A stretch of 64,000 nt of DNA from a virus. The stretch is from positions 64,001 to 128,000 of the IMG/VR virus record IMGVR_UViG_3300045806_000063. One strand, 5' to 3'. Shown piece by piece: positions 20,816 through 31,001 of the stretch. Under the pieces are notes generated by a model. That model was not told the DNA's origin, made no database searches, and worked only from the letters and a program-made list of their open reading frames with translations. The stretch's first letter is position 1, and each line of letters opens with the position of its first letter. Position numbers and translations under genes: made by a program.

Positions 20816-21597
20816 GACCATTAAGAATAATTGTTGAACTGGATGCGTTGTTTGATACCTATCTAGCATGTGTCCACATGCTAGATCGTACGCATACTGA
20901 ACCACTAATAATGGCAGGGTATCGAGAAAGATACCATAACGACCTATCATTACTTTATAACAAGATAAGTGATAAACATGTCAAAGATTTATATTCTAAA
21001 CGTGATTTACCAATGTTGAAGTTTTCATTTTCAACTAATATGGTAAACCTTTTAGCAGATAGAATAATAAAATCAAAACTCTTAGGGGATCAAAGCCCTG
21101 AAAGCCGAGACATTCAGATTATCTTTAACACATATCCGTACAATTTAACGAGTGCTATTGTTAGAGAATATGCGATTGAATTATCTAATGTCTTAAACAC
21201 CAAACAAATTAGCAGGATACACCTTCCTCCTGAAGAATTAACTCCAACATTTTTAAAGGATTCATATAGTCGTCTGATACTAGCTAGGTTAGATGACTGG
21301 ATGATAGCACAAACTGAAAACTTAAAACAATTACCAATTCCATTATTTACAGTGATAGCTCCTGGGTTTATAAAAGATCCGGTAGGACTTGCAGCAGAGA
21401 TGCGGAAGAAAGGAATTCCCACTGATGACAATAATCTAAAGAGATATCTATCCGGAACCCTTAATCATATTAAACAAACTCTATCCAGTGTAATAGATTT
21501 AGAGTTCTATGATCTATCAGATTTTAGCATGACTATCCCTAGCTTATCCACTTTAACTGATGAAGAAAACGATGAAGGTAATAATAGCGGGGAGTAG
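20812..21597 (+). CDS. Conserved jumbo-phage hypothetical protein (degenerate HAD-like N-terminus)
   Basis: IIVELDALFDT N-terminal motif; coupled ORF. Confidence 0.55.
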   Translation: MRPLRIIVELDALFDTYLACVHMLDRTHTEPLIMAGYRERYHNDLSLLYNKISDKHVKDLYSKRDLPMLKFSFSTNMVNLLADRIIKSKLLGDQSPESRDIQIIFNTYPYNLTSAIVREYAIELSNVLNTKQISRIHLPPEELTPTFLKDSYSRLILARLDDWMIAQTENLKQLPIPLFTVIAPGFIKDPVGLAAEMRKKGIPTDDNNLKRYLSGTLNHIKQTLSSVIDLEFYDLSDFSMTIPSLSTLTDEENDEGNNSGE

Positions 21598-21949
21598 AGG
21601 CATAACTGATTACGGCATTTTGTGTAAGGCCATAAAAGAAAGTCAGTTTGATGAGGATCAGGGAATAACCAGCATAATTTCAGGTCTAGCTAAAGGACCT
21701 GATTCATTAGGTAGACTATATGGTAAATACTTTAATATACCAGTGATTGATATGCCTGCTAATTGGGATTCAGATGGTAAAGCCGCAGGCTTCATAAGGA
21801 ATCAGGCTATGGCTAATCTCTGTGATCATGAGGATGCATTAATTGCTATCTGGGGTGGAGTTTCTAAAGGTACGTCTGATATGGTAAACCGAGCAAAGAA
21901 AAGAAATATGAAAATTTTTATTTATCAAATGGAGATATTGAATGAATGA
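21560..21949 (+). CDS. SLOG-family (YspA/DUF2493-like) protein
   Basis: KVIIAGSR, IISGLAKGPD, GKAAGFIRNQAM, SKGTSDM motifs. Confidence 0.85.
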   Translation: MKKTMKVIIAGSRGITDYGILCKAIKESQFDEDQGITSIISGLAKGPDSLGRLYGKYFNIPVIDMPANWDSDGKAAGFIRNQAMANLCDHEDALIAIWGGVSKGTSDMVNRAKKRNMKIFIYQMEILNE

Positions 21950-22244
21950 CAATGAAATAAATGATATGATTAATACTTCAGCAGAATTACTTCTGTTGTA
22001 TTTCCATCATGATGCCTGTGCACCATGTAAAGCTTTTAAACCTACTGTAAATAAAATAGTAGGTAAATTCAATGGTAGAGTAAAAATCATTTCAGTAGAT
22101 GTAACTGAGAGTAATCTTGGGCAGTATTACTCGGTACAGTCAGTACCTACCTTTGCCTTAGTGAAACAAGGTGTGACTTATGAGATTCATTCAGGTAGTA
22201 TGAGCGAAGCCCCATTAACCAAACTGATTCGGGAATACGTTTAG
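21942..22244 (+). CDS. trxA: Thioredoxin
   Basis: CAPC active site, VDV, VQSVPTF cis-Pro motif. Confidence 0.85.
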   Translation: MNDNEINDMINTSAELLLLYFHHDACAPCKAFKPTVNKIVGKFNGRVKIISVDVTESNLGQYYSVQSVPTFALVKQGVTYEIHSGSMSEAPLTKLIREYV

Positions 22245-22251
22245 ACATTAC

Positions 22252-22284
22252 ATTATCGCAGACACTTAAAGTGTCTGCGATAAT
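22252..22284. terminator. Palindromic hairpin (TAA centre)
   Basis: attatcgcagacact-taa-agtgtctgcgataat. Confidence 0.8.
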
Positions 22285-22317
22285 AGAGTATCTTTTACTG
22301 TTTTTCAATATTTAATT

Positions 22318-22332
22318 AAACATATATTATCA
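22318..22332 (+). promoter_or_regulatory. Putative early promoter
   Basis: aaacatatattatca. Confidence 0.65.
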
Positions 22333-22371
22333 TCATGCGTAAACATAATTGAATATATTTGGAGACTACGA

Positions 22372-22893
22372 ATGGCTACAATGGTTAGAAACGGATTTAA
22401 AATTACACTTAGAAGATGGACTGCTATAAGACAGACCTTGTTAAGTATCATTTGGTCAAGAGAAGATTATCAAGCTCTAGCCAAAGTAATCATTACTAAA
22501 AAAATGGTATTGGGCCCTGAGGTATTACTAAATGTCGATTTTAGAGATAGAGAGTTGTCAGTTATTACTGATGACGAAACCTGGCTGGCATTAGATACAA
22601 AACTGTTAGGTGAATCAATCTATAAAGATACCAAGGATAAACATCATTCAATTGGACATCTTCTGCGCTATATTTATCAGGATTTAAAACTAACAGCTTT
22701 AATAACTCCAGAGGAAGAAAAAGCTATATGTGGAACACTAGCTTCAGTATACACTGGGGAGATTATAGAAACAAGCTCCAGTGAGTCTTTTGAGAAAGAT
22801 ACTCTGGAATTTAATATTCATTATCATAACTGGTTATTTGTACTTATGCTAATCGAGATTATATCTCCTTTAGATATAATCCCTTCTGAGTAA
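22372..22893 (+). CDS. Hypothetical protein
   Basis: GGAG RBS, follows the promoter motif. Confidence 0.7.
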   Translation: MATMVRNGFKITLRRWTAIRQTLLSIIWSREDYQALAKVIITKKMVLGPEVLLNVDFRDRELSVITDDETWLALDTKLLGESIYKDTKDKHHSIGHLLRYIYQDLKLTALITPEEEKAICGTLASVYTGEIIETSSSESFEKDTLEFNIHYHNWLFVLMLIEIISPLDIIPSE

Positions 22894-22895
22894 TT

Positions 22896-23288
22896 TTAAA
22901 GATCTTCCTCATCGAAGATATCAGTCATCAGGATATCGTCCTGTGTAGTAGATAGCTGTCCTGGAACTGGTATGACCTTTGGTAGTTCTAATGCAAATTC
23001 TGCTGCTCTACCCACTATATTGGTTAGTGATGGAGTAAATGTTAGCTCTGCATTATCCAATACTTCAAGAACTGCATTAGCTACCTTCCGTCTCATCTCG
23101 GAGGATGCTTCTTCTTGTTTCAGTCGTTGTTGTGTCAGTGCTGTTCTGCTTAATGCAGAGGCTGCACTGACTCTTTCTTTAGGAGGCATATCAGTAGCTG
23201 AAGCTATCTCTACTAAAATTCGCTGAGATAATGATATTACTTCAGTTGTATTGGTTACATCCACAACTGTCTTATTTTCGTTAGACAT
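22896..23288 (-). CDS. Hypothetical protein
   Basis: Fills the gap between convergent/divergent genes; GGAG RBS on the minus strand. Confidence 0.7.
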   Translation of the reverse strand: MSNENKTVVDVTNTTEVISLSQRILVEIASATDMPPKERVSAASALSRTALTQQRLKQEEASSEMRRKVANAVLEVLDNAELTFTPSLTNIVGRAAEFALELPKVIPVPGQLSTTQDDILMTDIFDEEDL

Positions 23289-23307
23289 TTAAAGCTCCGA
23301 GTATTAA

Positions 23308-23817
23308 ATGATAATAAATTATTTATTAAGCCTATTACAGCCAAAACATAAGGACGTATCTGAACATCAAAAATATTTAGACATTCTTCATAGTGATGGT
23401 CTCTACATTGATAAATGCATGGGAGTATCAGATCTACTAAATGGCATAGTAGTTGAAAATGTTAGCTATGCTACGATGCGGGAACGCTATATAATATCGT
23501 ATGTGGAAAACTTAGCTAGTCTAATTACTAGTTTAAAGACCCACCACAGTAGCTTATTAGCTACTGGTAACTGTAACATCTCACCTGCTTGTGACTCTGT
23601 AGAGTATCGGTTAGATGTATGGGTTATGGACGACATTGCCTTGTATGGCTATATTGGTATCATTGAAGGCTGGAAGATAGCATTATGGTATATTACTGAA
23701 ATTAGTAGTTTAACAAAAACAAAGATACATCGAAATTATGTTAGCCGTTCCCTTTATAAGGAACTGGACACATTCTTATCCTTAACTGAGTTTCTAATCA
23801 GGGAAGTTCTAAAATGA
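23308..23817 (+). CDS. Hypothetical protein
   Basis: 169-aa ORF coupled to the next gene. Confidence 0.65.
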   Translation: MIINYLLSLLQPKHKDVSEHQKYLDILHSDGLYIDKCMGVSDLLNGIVVENVSYATMRERYIISYVENLASLITSLKTHHSSLLATGNCNISPACDSVEYRLDVWVMDDIALYGYIGIIEGWKIALWYITEISSLTKTKIHRNYVSRSLYKELDTFLSLTEFLIREVLK

Positions 23818-24407
23818 GTAAATCTACAAACCCCCTTACCAGGATAGTCGATTCTGGGACTTATGGTATTTTAACTGCTAGGTTGGCATTAACAAAAATA
23901 TTTAGACACTTAACAAATCAGGTAGTCGGTACAAAGGAGACTGAACTACACAGTAGGATGGATCTATGGATAACTAGGACGTACAAGAGTACATTACCTA
24001 GAGAAAGGAGTAGTCTTAAAGGTAATACCGCTAATGCATTAGCGGCAGATAAGATGACATGGGGTACGTTTGCTAAGGGAGTTGATATATTAGGATTCCC
24101 CAGTTTGTATATCAAAATGATCTTTCTGAAAAAAAATGCAGAATTAAATGGAGTATACACGAATAATAAACTGTATAAAGCAATAGTGGCTGGAGATGAG
24201 TTTGATAAAAAGGATATTATATTACATTCTCAAACCTTTAACTTTGCTGACCACTCTTTACTATATGAGCTATGGTATAACAAAACTGCTCAAAAGTTCA
24301 TTAAGATAGAGAGTACCAAAGCCTTTAAAGAGATCAATGAGTTTAATGAAGCAGATGCATACATACCTGACATTACTGCTGAATATTCAAAAGACCAAAT
24401 AGACTAA
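23814..24407 (+). CDS. Hypothetical protein
   Basis: 197-aa ORF ending just before a palindrome. Confidence 0.7.
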   Translation: MSKSTNPLTRIVDSGTYGILTARLALTKIFRHLTNQVVGTKETELHSRMDLWITRTYKSTLPRERSSLKGNTANALAADKMTWGTFAKGVDILGFPSLYIKMIFLKKNAELNGVYTNNKLYKAIVAGDEFDKKDIILHSQTFNFADHSLLYELWYNKTAQKFIKIESTKAFKEINEFNEADAYIPDITAEYSKDQID

Positions 24408-24410
24408 GGG

Positions 24411-24442
24411 TATGACACTGGGAGATATCTCCCAGTGTCATA
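24411..24442. terminator. Perfect 32-bp palindrome
   Basis: tatgacactgggagat|atctcccagtgtcata followed by a T-run. Confidence 0.85.
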
Positions 24443-24470
24443 ATCTATTTTTTTTATAAAAGGATACAAC

Positions 24471-26594
24471 ATGAACATTAACGGAATGCCTACATCGCTA
24501 TTACCTAATATGTCAAATATTTTACCAGTAATGCCTAATCTTAACATAATGAATTCATTGTCAGGATTAACTATACCTACCATACCTAACCTAGGCATTA
24601 TAACCCCGCCGTTCCCTATGGCAGTTAGACCAATAATACCTACGGTAAATAGCTTTAGAAGAACTCCATTTGCAGAAAGCAATTTAATAGACCCATTCAA
24701 AACTTTTGAATTAGCTGTTTTAACTGAGGAACAATTAGCAGTAGATGTAATAACAGATACAATAAATACGATTTTACCACCTGAGATGGTAAATGAAATA
24801 TTAGCTATGCCAGATTTTGTAGACTATCTGTTAGCTACTGGACAGGATATAATGGGCGTCCTAGGTAATATCATGAATCAGCTTCCTTCACTCTCCTCTT
24901 TAGGTAATTTATTGCGAGCATGTCCAATCATGAGCGTGATTAATTCAATCGCTGGGGTAGTTAATGCTGCGATATCAATGGGTCTATCTTTAGTTCATTT
25001 TGCTGAAGGGGCTATAATCGCCACATTCCAATTTATCAGTAATGTAGCTAGTGCAGTTAACTCTGTAATTTATAATGCAGAATTTATGGTAGGATCTGTT
25101 TTAGCAACAGTTGGAGCTATCGCTAGTGTAGGAACGAGTATTCTCTATAGCGCTGCATTAGTAGCTGGTGTAGCTAGTATGATGATTGGTACTGGGATTT
25201 CACTCGTAAGTACTCTAGCTACTATAGGGGTAGGTAGTGTAGCTGCAATAGTAGGAATTAGTTCAATGATGTCCTCTTCTATATTTGGCGCTGTTGCTAC
25301 AACTGTAGCCTTATTACCATTAGCGGTTGCTTCTAGTATAGGTATGGCTGTAGGAACTATAGCTGCTGTTGGCGCATCGGTATTAGTCAATGCTGTAGCT
25401 GGTTTAACCAATGGTTTAGTGGTAGGTGCTTTATCGACTATTGCTGCTGTTGGCGGCATGGCGGCTATAGCTACTTATAGTGCACTGGCTGCTATCTATT
25501 CACCTGTTGTAATGGCCTCTAGCTTTACTAATATAGGGTATTACAGTAGTGGGCAGATGGGTTACATCTCTAGCTGCTACAGCGGTTATAGTGCATTTAA
25601 TCTAAATGCTATTATCCAAGAGTTTTCTCAATTTGCTTTACTGGATTTACAGAATTTTGCACTTCAGTTAAGTTCAATGGGAATTCCTTTATATTTGGAA
25701 CAATATGGTAGTAGCCCGTATTTACCTTTGGTAAGGTTTGCTCAAAGTTATGGTAGCTCAATAATTAATATTGGAATAACTGCAGTACAGCATAATGCGT
25801 CGTATACTCTGCCTGTTTTTAGTCAGGATAATAGAGCTCATGCAATACAGTTAATTACTGTGCTGAGTGCTGTAGGAGGCACTTATGCTCAGACCCTTAC
25901 TACCTTCGGTTTAACTGATTTAAATGCCGCTAACGCTGAGCTAGTCGGCTTAATTAGCACGTTTGGTGAGACCGCAGTGTTAACATCAGTAGGGTCGTTA
26001 GTTACTGCTTTAACTACCACATCTGCGGCTAGTTTAATACAGTTAGTTGATAGCACTTCTAGTTACCCTAGTAAGACTTTATCTTCAGCCTTCAGTGCGA
26101 TGTCTCAACTGACAGTAGCTAACATTCAATCTATCGTATCAAAACTTTCCTTAACTGAATTAGTTACTTTAATTCACAATTTCAATATAACTGGGGAAGT
26201 ATTAAACTTCCTAATTAGACAACTAACTGAACTAGCCGCTAAAGTAGGAGATGTAAAAACAGTTTCTTCATTAGTTAGTAATTATCCAAATGTCTTATCT
26301 AATGACTATCTAAAATACTTAGTCACTACCATTTTAGCTAATTATAAAATCGGCGCAGATGAAGCATCTGCTGGTTTAACAGTAAGTGCTATTAACCTTA
26401 CCAACGGTCTGTCACTTATCCTATCTACATGGAATACTACAATTAGAAACAATGAAACCGTCTATGATATAACTTGTTTATTAACAGCAAGTCATGACTC
26501 TTTGCTTACATTATCTTATAGTTCAACCTTTGCAGATTCTGCTATATTGCAAATGGATAATGTGTATAATTTACCCTCTTACTTAGCAGCATAG
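24471..26594 (+). CDS. Probable virion protein with long hydrophobic Ala/Gly/Ser/Val-rich helical region
   Basis: 707 aa. Pro/Asn/Met-rich N-terminus, ~190-aa nearly charge-free centre, helical C-terminal domain. Confidence 0.6.
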   Translation: MNINGMPTSLLPNMSNILPVMPNLNIMNSLSGLTIPTIPNLGIITPPFPMAVRPIIPTVNSFRRTPFAESNLIDPFKTFELAVLTEEQLAVDVITDTINTILPPEMVNEILAMPDFVDYLLATGQDIMGVLGNIMNQLPSLSSLGNLLRACPIMSVINSIAGVVNAAISMGLSLVHFAEGAIIATFQFISNVASAVNSVIYNAEFMVGSVLATVGAIASVGTSILYSAALVAGVASMMIGTGISLVSTLATIGVGSVAAIVGISSMMSSSIFGAVATTVALLPLAVASSIGMAVGTIAAVGASVLVNAVAGLTNGLVVGALSTIAAVGGMAAIATYSALAAIYSPVVMASSFTNIGYYSSGQMGYISSCYSGYSAFNLNAIIQEFSQFALLDLQNFALQLSSMGIPLYLEQYGSSPYLPLVRFAQSYGSSIINIGITAVQHNASYTLPVFSQDNRAHAIQLITVLSAVGGTYAQTLTTFGLTDLNAANAELVGLISTFGETAVLTSVGSLVTALTTTSAASLIQLVDSTSSYPSKTLSSAFSAMSQLTVANIQSIVSKLSLTELVTLIHNFNITGEVLNFLIRQLTELAAKVGDVKTVSSLVSNYPNVLSNDYLKYLVTTILANYKIGADEASAGLTVSAINLTNGLSLILSTWNTTIRNNETVYDITCLLTASHDSLLTLSYSSTFADSAILQMDNVYNLPSYLAA

Positions 26595-26603
26595 GCAGAT
26601 ACC

Positions 26604-27194
26604 ATGACCCCTTCAACTCTATTCATTGCATTAATTTTATTCACTGTATCTAATCTAGTTTTTAGATACTGGCGAGAAAGGTATATCCTTAAATCGGTAA
26701 ACTCGTTAAAGATATTGAAGTTAATTGACAATGTAGCAAACTGTAATGTTAAAGAGATCCAGACGATGTGCGATGAGGTAGTAAAAGAATTCCCCTACTT
26801 TGCCAGTACCATAGACGCTCTGTATAGTTATTATTACGCACTTGATGTCCTTAAATCTGAATGCAGTCATCACACTCATGCTGGTTTAAATACGAATAAG
26901 TTACAGGTTATGCCATATCTGATGTTATACAATCAAACCCCTACTAATACTACTGCCGAAATGATTCTTTCTATTCTTGCTATGCGAGTTAAGATACTGG
27001 CTGTCATAAATTATCCCAGTGTGAATAAAGCTAAAAAAATATACATCTTAACTATCTTAAGTAAAACACCTGAAGACCTTCGTGGTTTATTTGATACCAT
27101 GAATAAATTACACCTGATCCATAAAGGGTTAGGGTTAACTGATAAATGCTCATCATTATATCCAAAACATCAATATGCGGTTCATACAAGGTGA
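26604..27194 (+). CDS. Membrane-anchored hypothetical protein
   Basis: N-terminal hydrophobic helix followed by RYWRER. Confidence 0.65.
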   Translation: MTPSTLFIALILFTVSNLVFRYWRERYILKSVNSLKILKLIDNVANCNVKEIQTMCDEVVKEFPYFASTIDALYSYYYALDVLKSECSHHTHAGLNTNKLQVMPYLMLYNQTPTNTTAEMILSILAMRVKILAVINYPSVNKAKKIYILTILSKTPEDLRGLFDTMNKLHLIHKGLGLTDKCSSLYPKHQYAVHTR

Positions 27195-27297
27195 CATAGT
27201 AAAATTGACAATTAAAGGTCAGTTTGATTTCGTATTACACTGCTGTAATTGTCAGATTGTAGACTTTAAGATTCCAGCCTATATTCAAAAAAAATTT

Positions 27298-27312
27298 AAA
27301 CATATATCATCT
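27298..27312 (+). promoter_or_regulatory. Putative early promoter
   Basis: aaacatatatcatct after an A/T tract. Confidence 0.65.
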
Positions 27313-27429
27313 AAGTGAATGAACCTAAAACATTCATTAAAAAGATCTACCAAAAACCTCCAAAGAGTTGCCGTTGCTCACAATCAACGGCTATTTTTTT
27401 GTCTTGGTATAATTTAAAGGAGAGTAAGA

Positions 27430-27870
27430 ATGGCAATAAAGTTAGCGCTGATTGAAATGATATCTACTGATCCCAGTTTAACACCGAACCAGATATATAC
27501 TCTGGTAAAAAGAATTAGAGCAAAAGAGTTCTCTTCGTCGGAAGAGAACTCTTTTGCAGCTCTTTTACCGTCTCTCATAAGAGAGGATACGGAAGTGGGT
27601 AGTAAGTCAAGGATTAGATCAGTAGAGGATCAGATTGTGATTTTCTGTAATCGGTATCATATCGGTACTGTTACTGATGAACGAGTTCTGCCATTAGCGA
27701 GATGTCATCCAGATATGGAACGGCAATCTACAAAGAACCGTTTAATCTACGCTAGAGATAGTGTACGAGAGAGTACCTGGTATCGAAAGATTGTAGACGA
27801 GTTGGGAGTTGGTGGAACGCTAAATTCCTCAGCGATAACCTCTATATTTGGAAGGAGTATTAAGAAATGA
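27430..27870 (+). CDS. Hypothetical protein
   Basis: AAGGAG RBS. Confidence 0.75.
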   Translation: MAIKLALIEMISTDPSLTPNQIYTLVKRIRAKEFSSSEENSFAALLPSLIREDTEVGSKSRIRSVEDQIVIFCNRYHIGTVTDERVLPLARCHPDMERQSTKNRLIYARDSVRESTWYRKIVDELGVGGTLNSSAITSIFGRSIKK

Positions 27871-28280
27871 AACCAAGTAGATTTAATAGATTTCTGCTGG
27901 AAGTTTATTGGGCCGGACGATCCGATAATAACGAAACAACCAGACGAGGGATGGCTGTTCTGGAACGGATGTTGATGTCTGGTAACTATCCTGAGTTATC
28001 TCTGGATAGTTTTGTAAAAATACTGTCAGTGGAAGATATGAGTATTTCAATGACTGGCAGATACCAGAAAATAGTAGTAGCTTACTACGGGCTGGATCAT
28101 AGAAACAAATGCAGTTCTACTGCTGAACTTGCATTACAATATGACGTAAGTAAGAGCAGGATTAACTATCTCAGACATGCTGCTCTGAAGAAGTTAGCAA
28201 AATTAGTCATCTTTAAAAACTTGCACCTTCTGGTGCAGGTAAAGATGATGGTAGACGCATTAGCTGGCGAATCAGCTTAA
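27867..28280 (+). CDS. Sigma-70 region 4-like HTH protein
   Basis: QKIVVAYYGL...STAELALQYDVSKSRINYLRHAALKKL matches the region-4 pattern; no region 2. Confidence 0.7.
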   Translation: MKPSRFNRFLLEVYWAGRSDNNETTRRGMAVLERMLMSGNYPELSLDSFVKILSVEDMSISMTGRYQKIVVAYYGLDHRNKCSSTAELALQYDVSKSRINYLRHAALKKLAKLVIFKNLHLLVQVKMMVDALAGESA

Positions 28281-28308
28281 ATTTTGTTTTAATTAAAGGA
28301 GAAAAGAA

Positions 28309-28593
28309 ATGAGTCTTTATATATTGTGCCACCGCGATAAGAGAAAATGGTTGAGTGAGAATGGGAGTAGATTAGATTATACTCCTGCTACCGTCAAGGA
28401 TGGAGGTGAGAGTACATTACTGGTAGCATTCATGGACGATTATTACTACCCGTCCGCAGCCCTCCTTTATAACAAGGAAGATCTACACTACTTTAAAGGT
28501 TATGGTATTACTCCACAGCCGATATGGTATGCTGTTGAAATTAATAAGTTAAAGGAGGTGACTATTCCATATTACCATAGATTAATGGAGTAA
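28309..28593 (+). CDS. Hypothetical protein
   Basis: AAGGAG RBS. Confidence 0.7.
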   Translation: MSLYILCHRDKRKWLSENGSRLDYTPATVKDGGESTLLVAFMDDYYYPSAALLYNKEDLHYFKGYGITPQPIWYAVEINKLKEVTIPYYHRLME

Positions 28594-28600
28594 CGTGAAT

Positions 28601-28635
28601 AATCAGAGGACTCCCGGAATGGGAGTCCTCTGATT
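28601..28635. terminator. Bidirectional terminator between convergent genes
   Basis: aatcagaggactccc-ggaat-gggagtcctctgatt. Confidence 0.85.
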
Positions 28636-28655
28636 AACTTCATATATTTTTTCTT

Positions 28656-30887
28656 TTAGTGCCCAGTAATATGTCCTTGCTTAACAAAGAAAGAGACTAT
28701 ATCCCCTCCTGCAGTTCCACGAGCCCATGTCATAAGGTTATCCATAGTCCAAAAGCTATCAAAGTTCTGTTGTTTTTTAGCATTTCTTATACGCCACCGA
28801 TTACTTGCATAATACTGATCAGCAAGTCCTAATGACGACCATACTGCCATCAAGTCAGTAAACTTAGTATCTTCATCAAACATAGATACCGCATAACCTG
28901 TTCCGGCTAAACTAATAATATCTTTTAATGATAAATCAACAGTAATCGGGATATGTGTAATGCTCGATAAATCCTTTATTGTAATATGAACATCTACTGC
29001 AATTGGCTGACCAAATTCATTCCAGCCTAGATTTCCAGCACCACGGGTAATGCTAAAACTAGTTACAATACCAGTCTGAATTTGGGCATAGCCCTTTTGC
29101 CACATTTTGCAATAAAATGGATTAGAGTAAGCAGCCCTGCCTGCTGAACGAGCGGCTGCAAAAGGCAACAGCATGGCTAATGGGAAGTATATGTTTTGTA
29201 ATAGGGCAGTAGGATGACCAGACCAGGATCTAAGAGGTATCACATATGAAGTGCTAGGCATTGTTACGTCAGAGCTATCCCAAAATTCTGGAATGTCTAC
29301 AAATGCTCTGCCGCCTAACATTGCTAAACCTGATAACCCTACAGCGTCTGCTGTCCCTTGTACTACTTTACTGGCCAAACCTAGAAAGGACTCGACGCTA
29401 TCTGCTATAAAACTATCCCCGATATTACCATTAGCTACAGAAAACAATTTCTCCCTATTAACACGTGACGTGTCATTCATTTTACCTGCGATATCAGATG
29501 GTTTAGTGGTACTAGAAAATGACTCAGATACTGTACGCTCATAGTCTACTGCAAAGCTTACAAATGCAGATCCGTCTCTCAGTTCTGCTTCCATATAGTC
29601 AGCATATTTTTGTAGATGATCAGCTACTGTCATAGATAGCTGTGTTTCCGCTTTTAAAATTGAACTGACAGATTTATTATCTTTAATTGAAGTAGCGGCA
29701 ATAGCAATAGTCTCTCCTTGTTTATCTGTAGTTTGGACTGCAGGTTTATTAAATAACAAAGTATCAACCAAGAAGGTGCCCATACCGGCCACTGTAAGTG
29801 CATACCCTGCCAGCGAACTATGGATATCAGGGTAGGTCATTGGTGGCACATCATTAGGCTGTAATCCAGTTTGAAGATATGTATTAATTGCAGCTGTAAC
29901 ATCGGCAAGTTTAGGGTATGAATTCTTTATATCCATCAGTTTTCTTTCATGTGCATCTGCTAGTCGCTCATATCTAGTAGCAACCGCTTTTACGTTAATA
30001 CTGCCTTTTTCATCTAGAAAGACATCAGGTAATACTCTGACTAGTTCTGCTAGATCAGCTTCATCATTAGGGCTATTAGCATCTTTGGTTAATGATGTTT
30101 TGTCTATGATAGTAGCGCCATCGTTACCTTTAATTAACGACCCTGGATTCAAACCACCTTGCTGTCTTAAATTTACAGTGATAGCATTCATTATACCTTG
30201 GACAGTTGACCAGTATATTGCCATCGTTGGCTTAACATAATAGAACTTACTCAATGGTCTTCTAGCTAAGTCTGCATATATCTTTTTACCAGTAGAGTAA
30301 GCAAAGCTTGATAACATATATAAAGGAGCTATAGCAAAACCTACTACATATCCTACAAATGCACCAATGTTAAATGCCATCCCTCCAACTACACCAGTGT
30401 TAATCATATCAGCATGATAAGGGTCATAGAACCCAGTCATGAAATTCGTTAATGAGTTAGTAATAGGTGTACCTGCCTGAAGAGTGATATACTGAACATT
30501 AGCAGCTATTTTTTCTGCATACCATCTACCCTCACCTAGTGTCTTATTCTGATCTAATCTACCTGATTTTTTACCAGTATAGTCTAAGTTGGTTTGTACA
30601 GTTGCAATGATCGAGGACAGTTTAGGATCTGCAAACCTGCAAGCTTGTGGTTTAGGGTTCATCACTTTACTACCACCTAATGCTGTATCTTCAAACATTA
30701 AACTAGCATATGAAAGCGATTGATTAAACCTCCATGAACCATCAGTGTCCCGAGCCATACCCCCAGCTGCACTACCTCGATACGGTACGAAGAGGGATTG
30801 TCTGATCCATCCATTATCCTGCAGCTGTGTTAATGTAGATGAACTGCTATAAGTAGTCATAAAGTTTCTCACCTTTAAAGTAAACAT
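28656..30887 (-). CDS. Baseplate/tail structural protein (phiKZ gp182-like)
   Basis: Near the gp181-like gene. WIRQS, DTALGG...NPKPQ..RFADP, G.VTSFSITRG.GN.GW motifs. Confidence 0.7.
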   Translation of the reverse strand: MFTLKVRNFMTTYSSSSTLTQLQDNGWIRQSLFVPYRGSAAGGMARDTDGSWRFNQSLSYASLMFEDTALGGSKVMNPKPQACRFADPKLSSIIATVQTNLDYTGKKSGRLDQNKTLGEGRWYAEKIAANVQYITLQAGTPITNSLTNFMTGFYDPYHADMINTGVVGGMAFNIGAFVGYVVGFAIAPLYMLSSFAYSTGKKIYADLARRPLSKFYYVKPTMAIYWSTVQGIMNAITVNLRQQGGLNPGSLIKGNDGATIIDKTSLTKDANSPNDEADLAELVRVLPDVFLDEKGSINVKAVATRYERLADAHERKLMDIKNSYPKLADVTAAINTYLQTGLQPNDVPPMTYPDIHSSLAGYALTVAGMGTFLVDTLLFNKPAVQTTDKQGETIAIAATSIKDNKSVSSILKAETQLSMTVADHLQKYADYMEAELRDGSAFVSFAVDYERTVSESFSSTTKPSDIAGKMNDTSRVNREKLFSVANGNIGDSFIADSVESFLGLASKVVQGTADAVGLSGLAMLGGRAFVDIPEFWDSSDVTMPSTSYVIPLRSWSGHPTALLQNIYFPLAMLLPFAAARSAGRAAYSNPFYCKMWQKGYAQIQTGIVTSFSITRGAGNLGWNEFGQPIAVDVHITIKDLSSITHIPITVDLSLKDIISLAGTGYAVSMFDEDTKFTDLMAVWSSLGLADQYYASNRWRIRNAKKQQNFDSFWTMDNLMTWARGTAGGDIVSFFVKQGHITGH

Positions 30888-30914
30888 AGAATTAATAGAT
30901 TCAATTTAATCTCA

Positions 30915-31001
30915 TTTATATATCATCTAGATGAGATTACTAAATAGTGATTCTTAAGTAGTCATTCTTTTAATAGCAAAATTTGTTAGGAGATATAGAT
31001 T
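30915..31001 (+). promoter_or_regulatory. Conserved cassette leader copy A (early promoter, TCATCTAGATGA palindrome, RBS)
   Basis: Near-identical to 41075-41158 and 54190-54274. Confidence 0.85.

Noticed and set aside
24404-24700. Minus-strand 98-aa ORF
   Set aside because: Antisense to the low-complexity N-terminus of 24471 and runs through the terminator palindrome
25145-25459. Minus-strand Ala/Thr-rich ORF
   Set aside because: Antisense shadow of the hydrophobic tract
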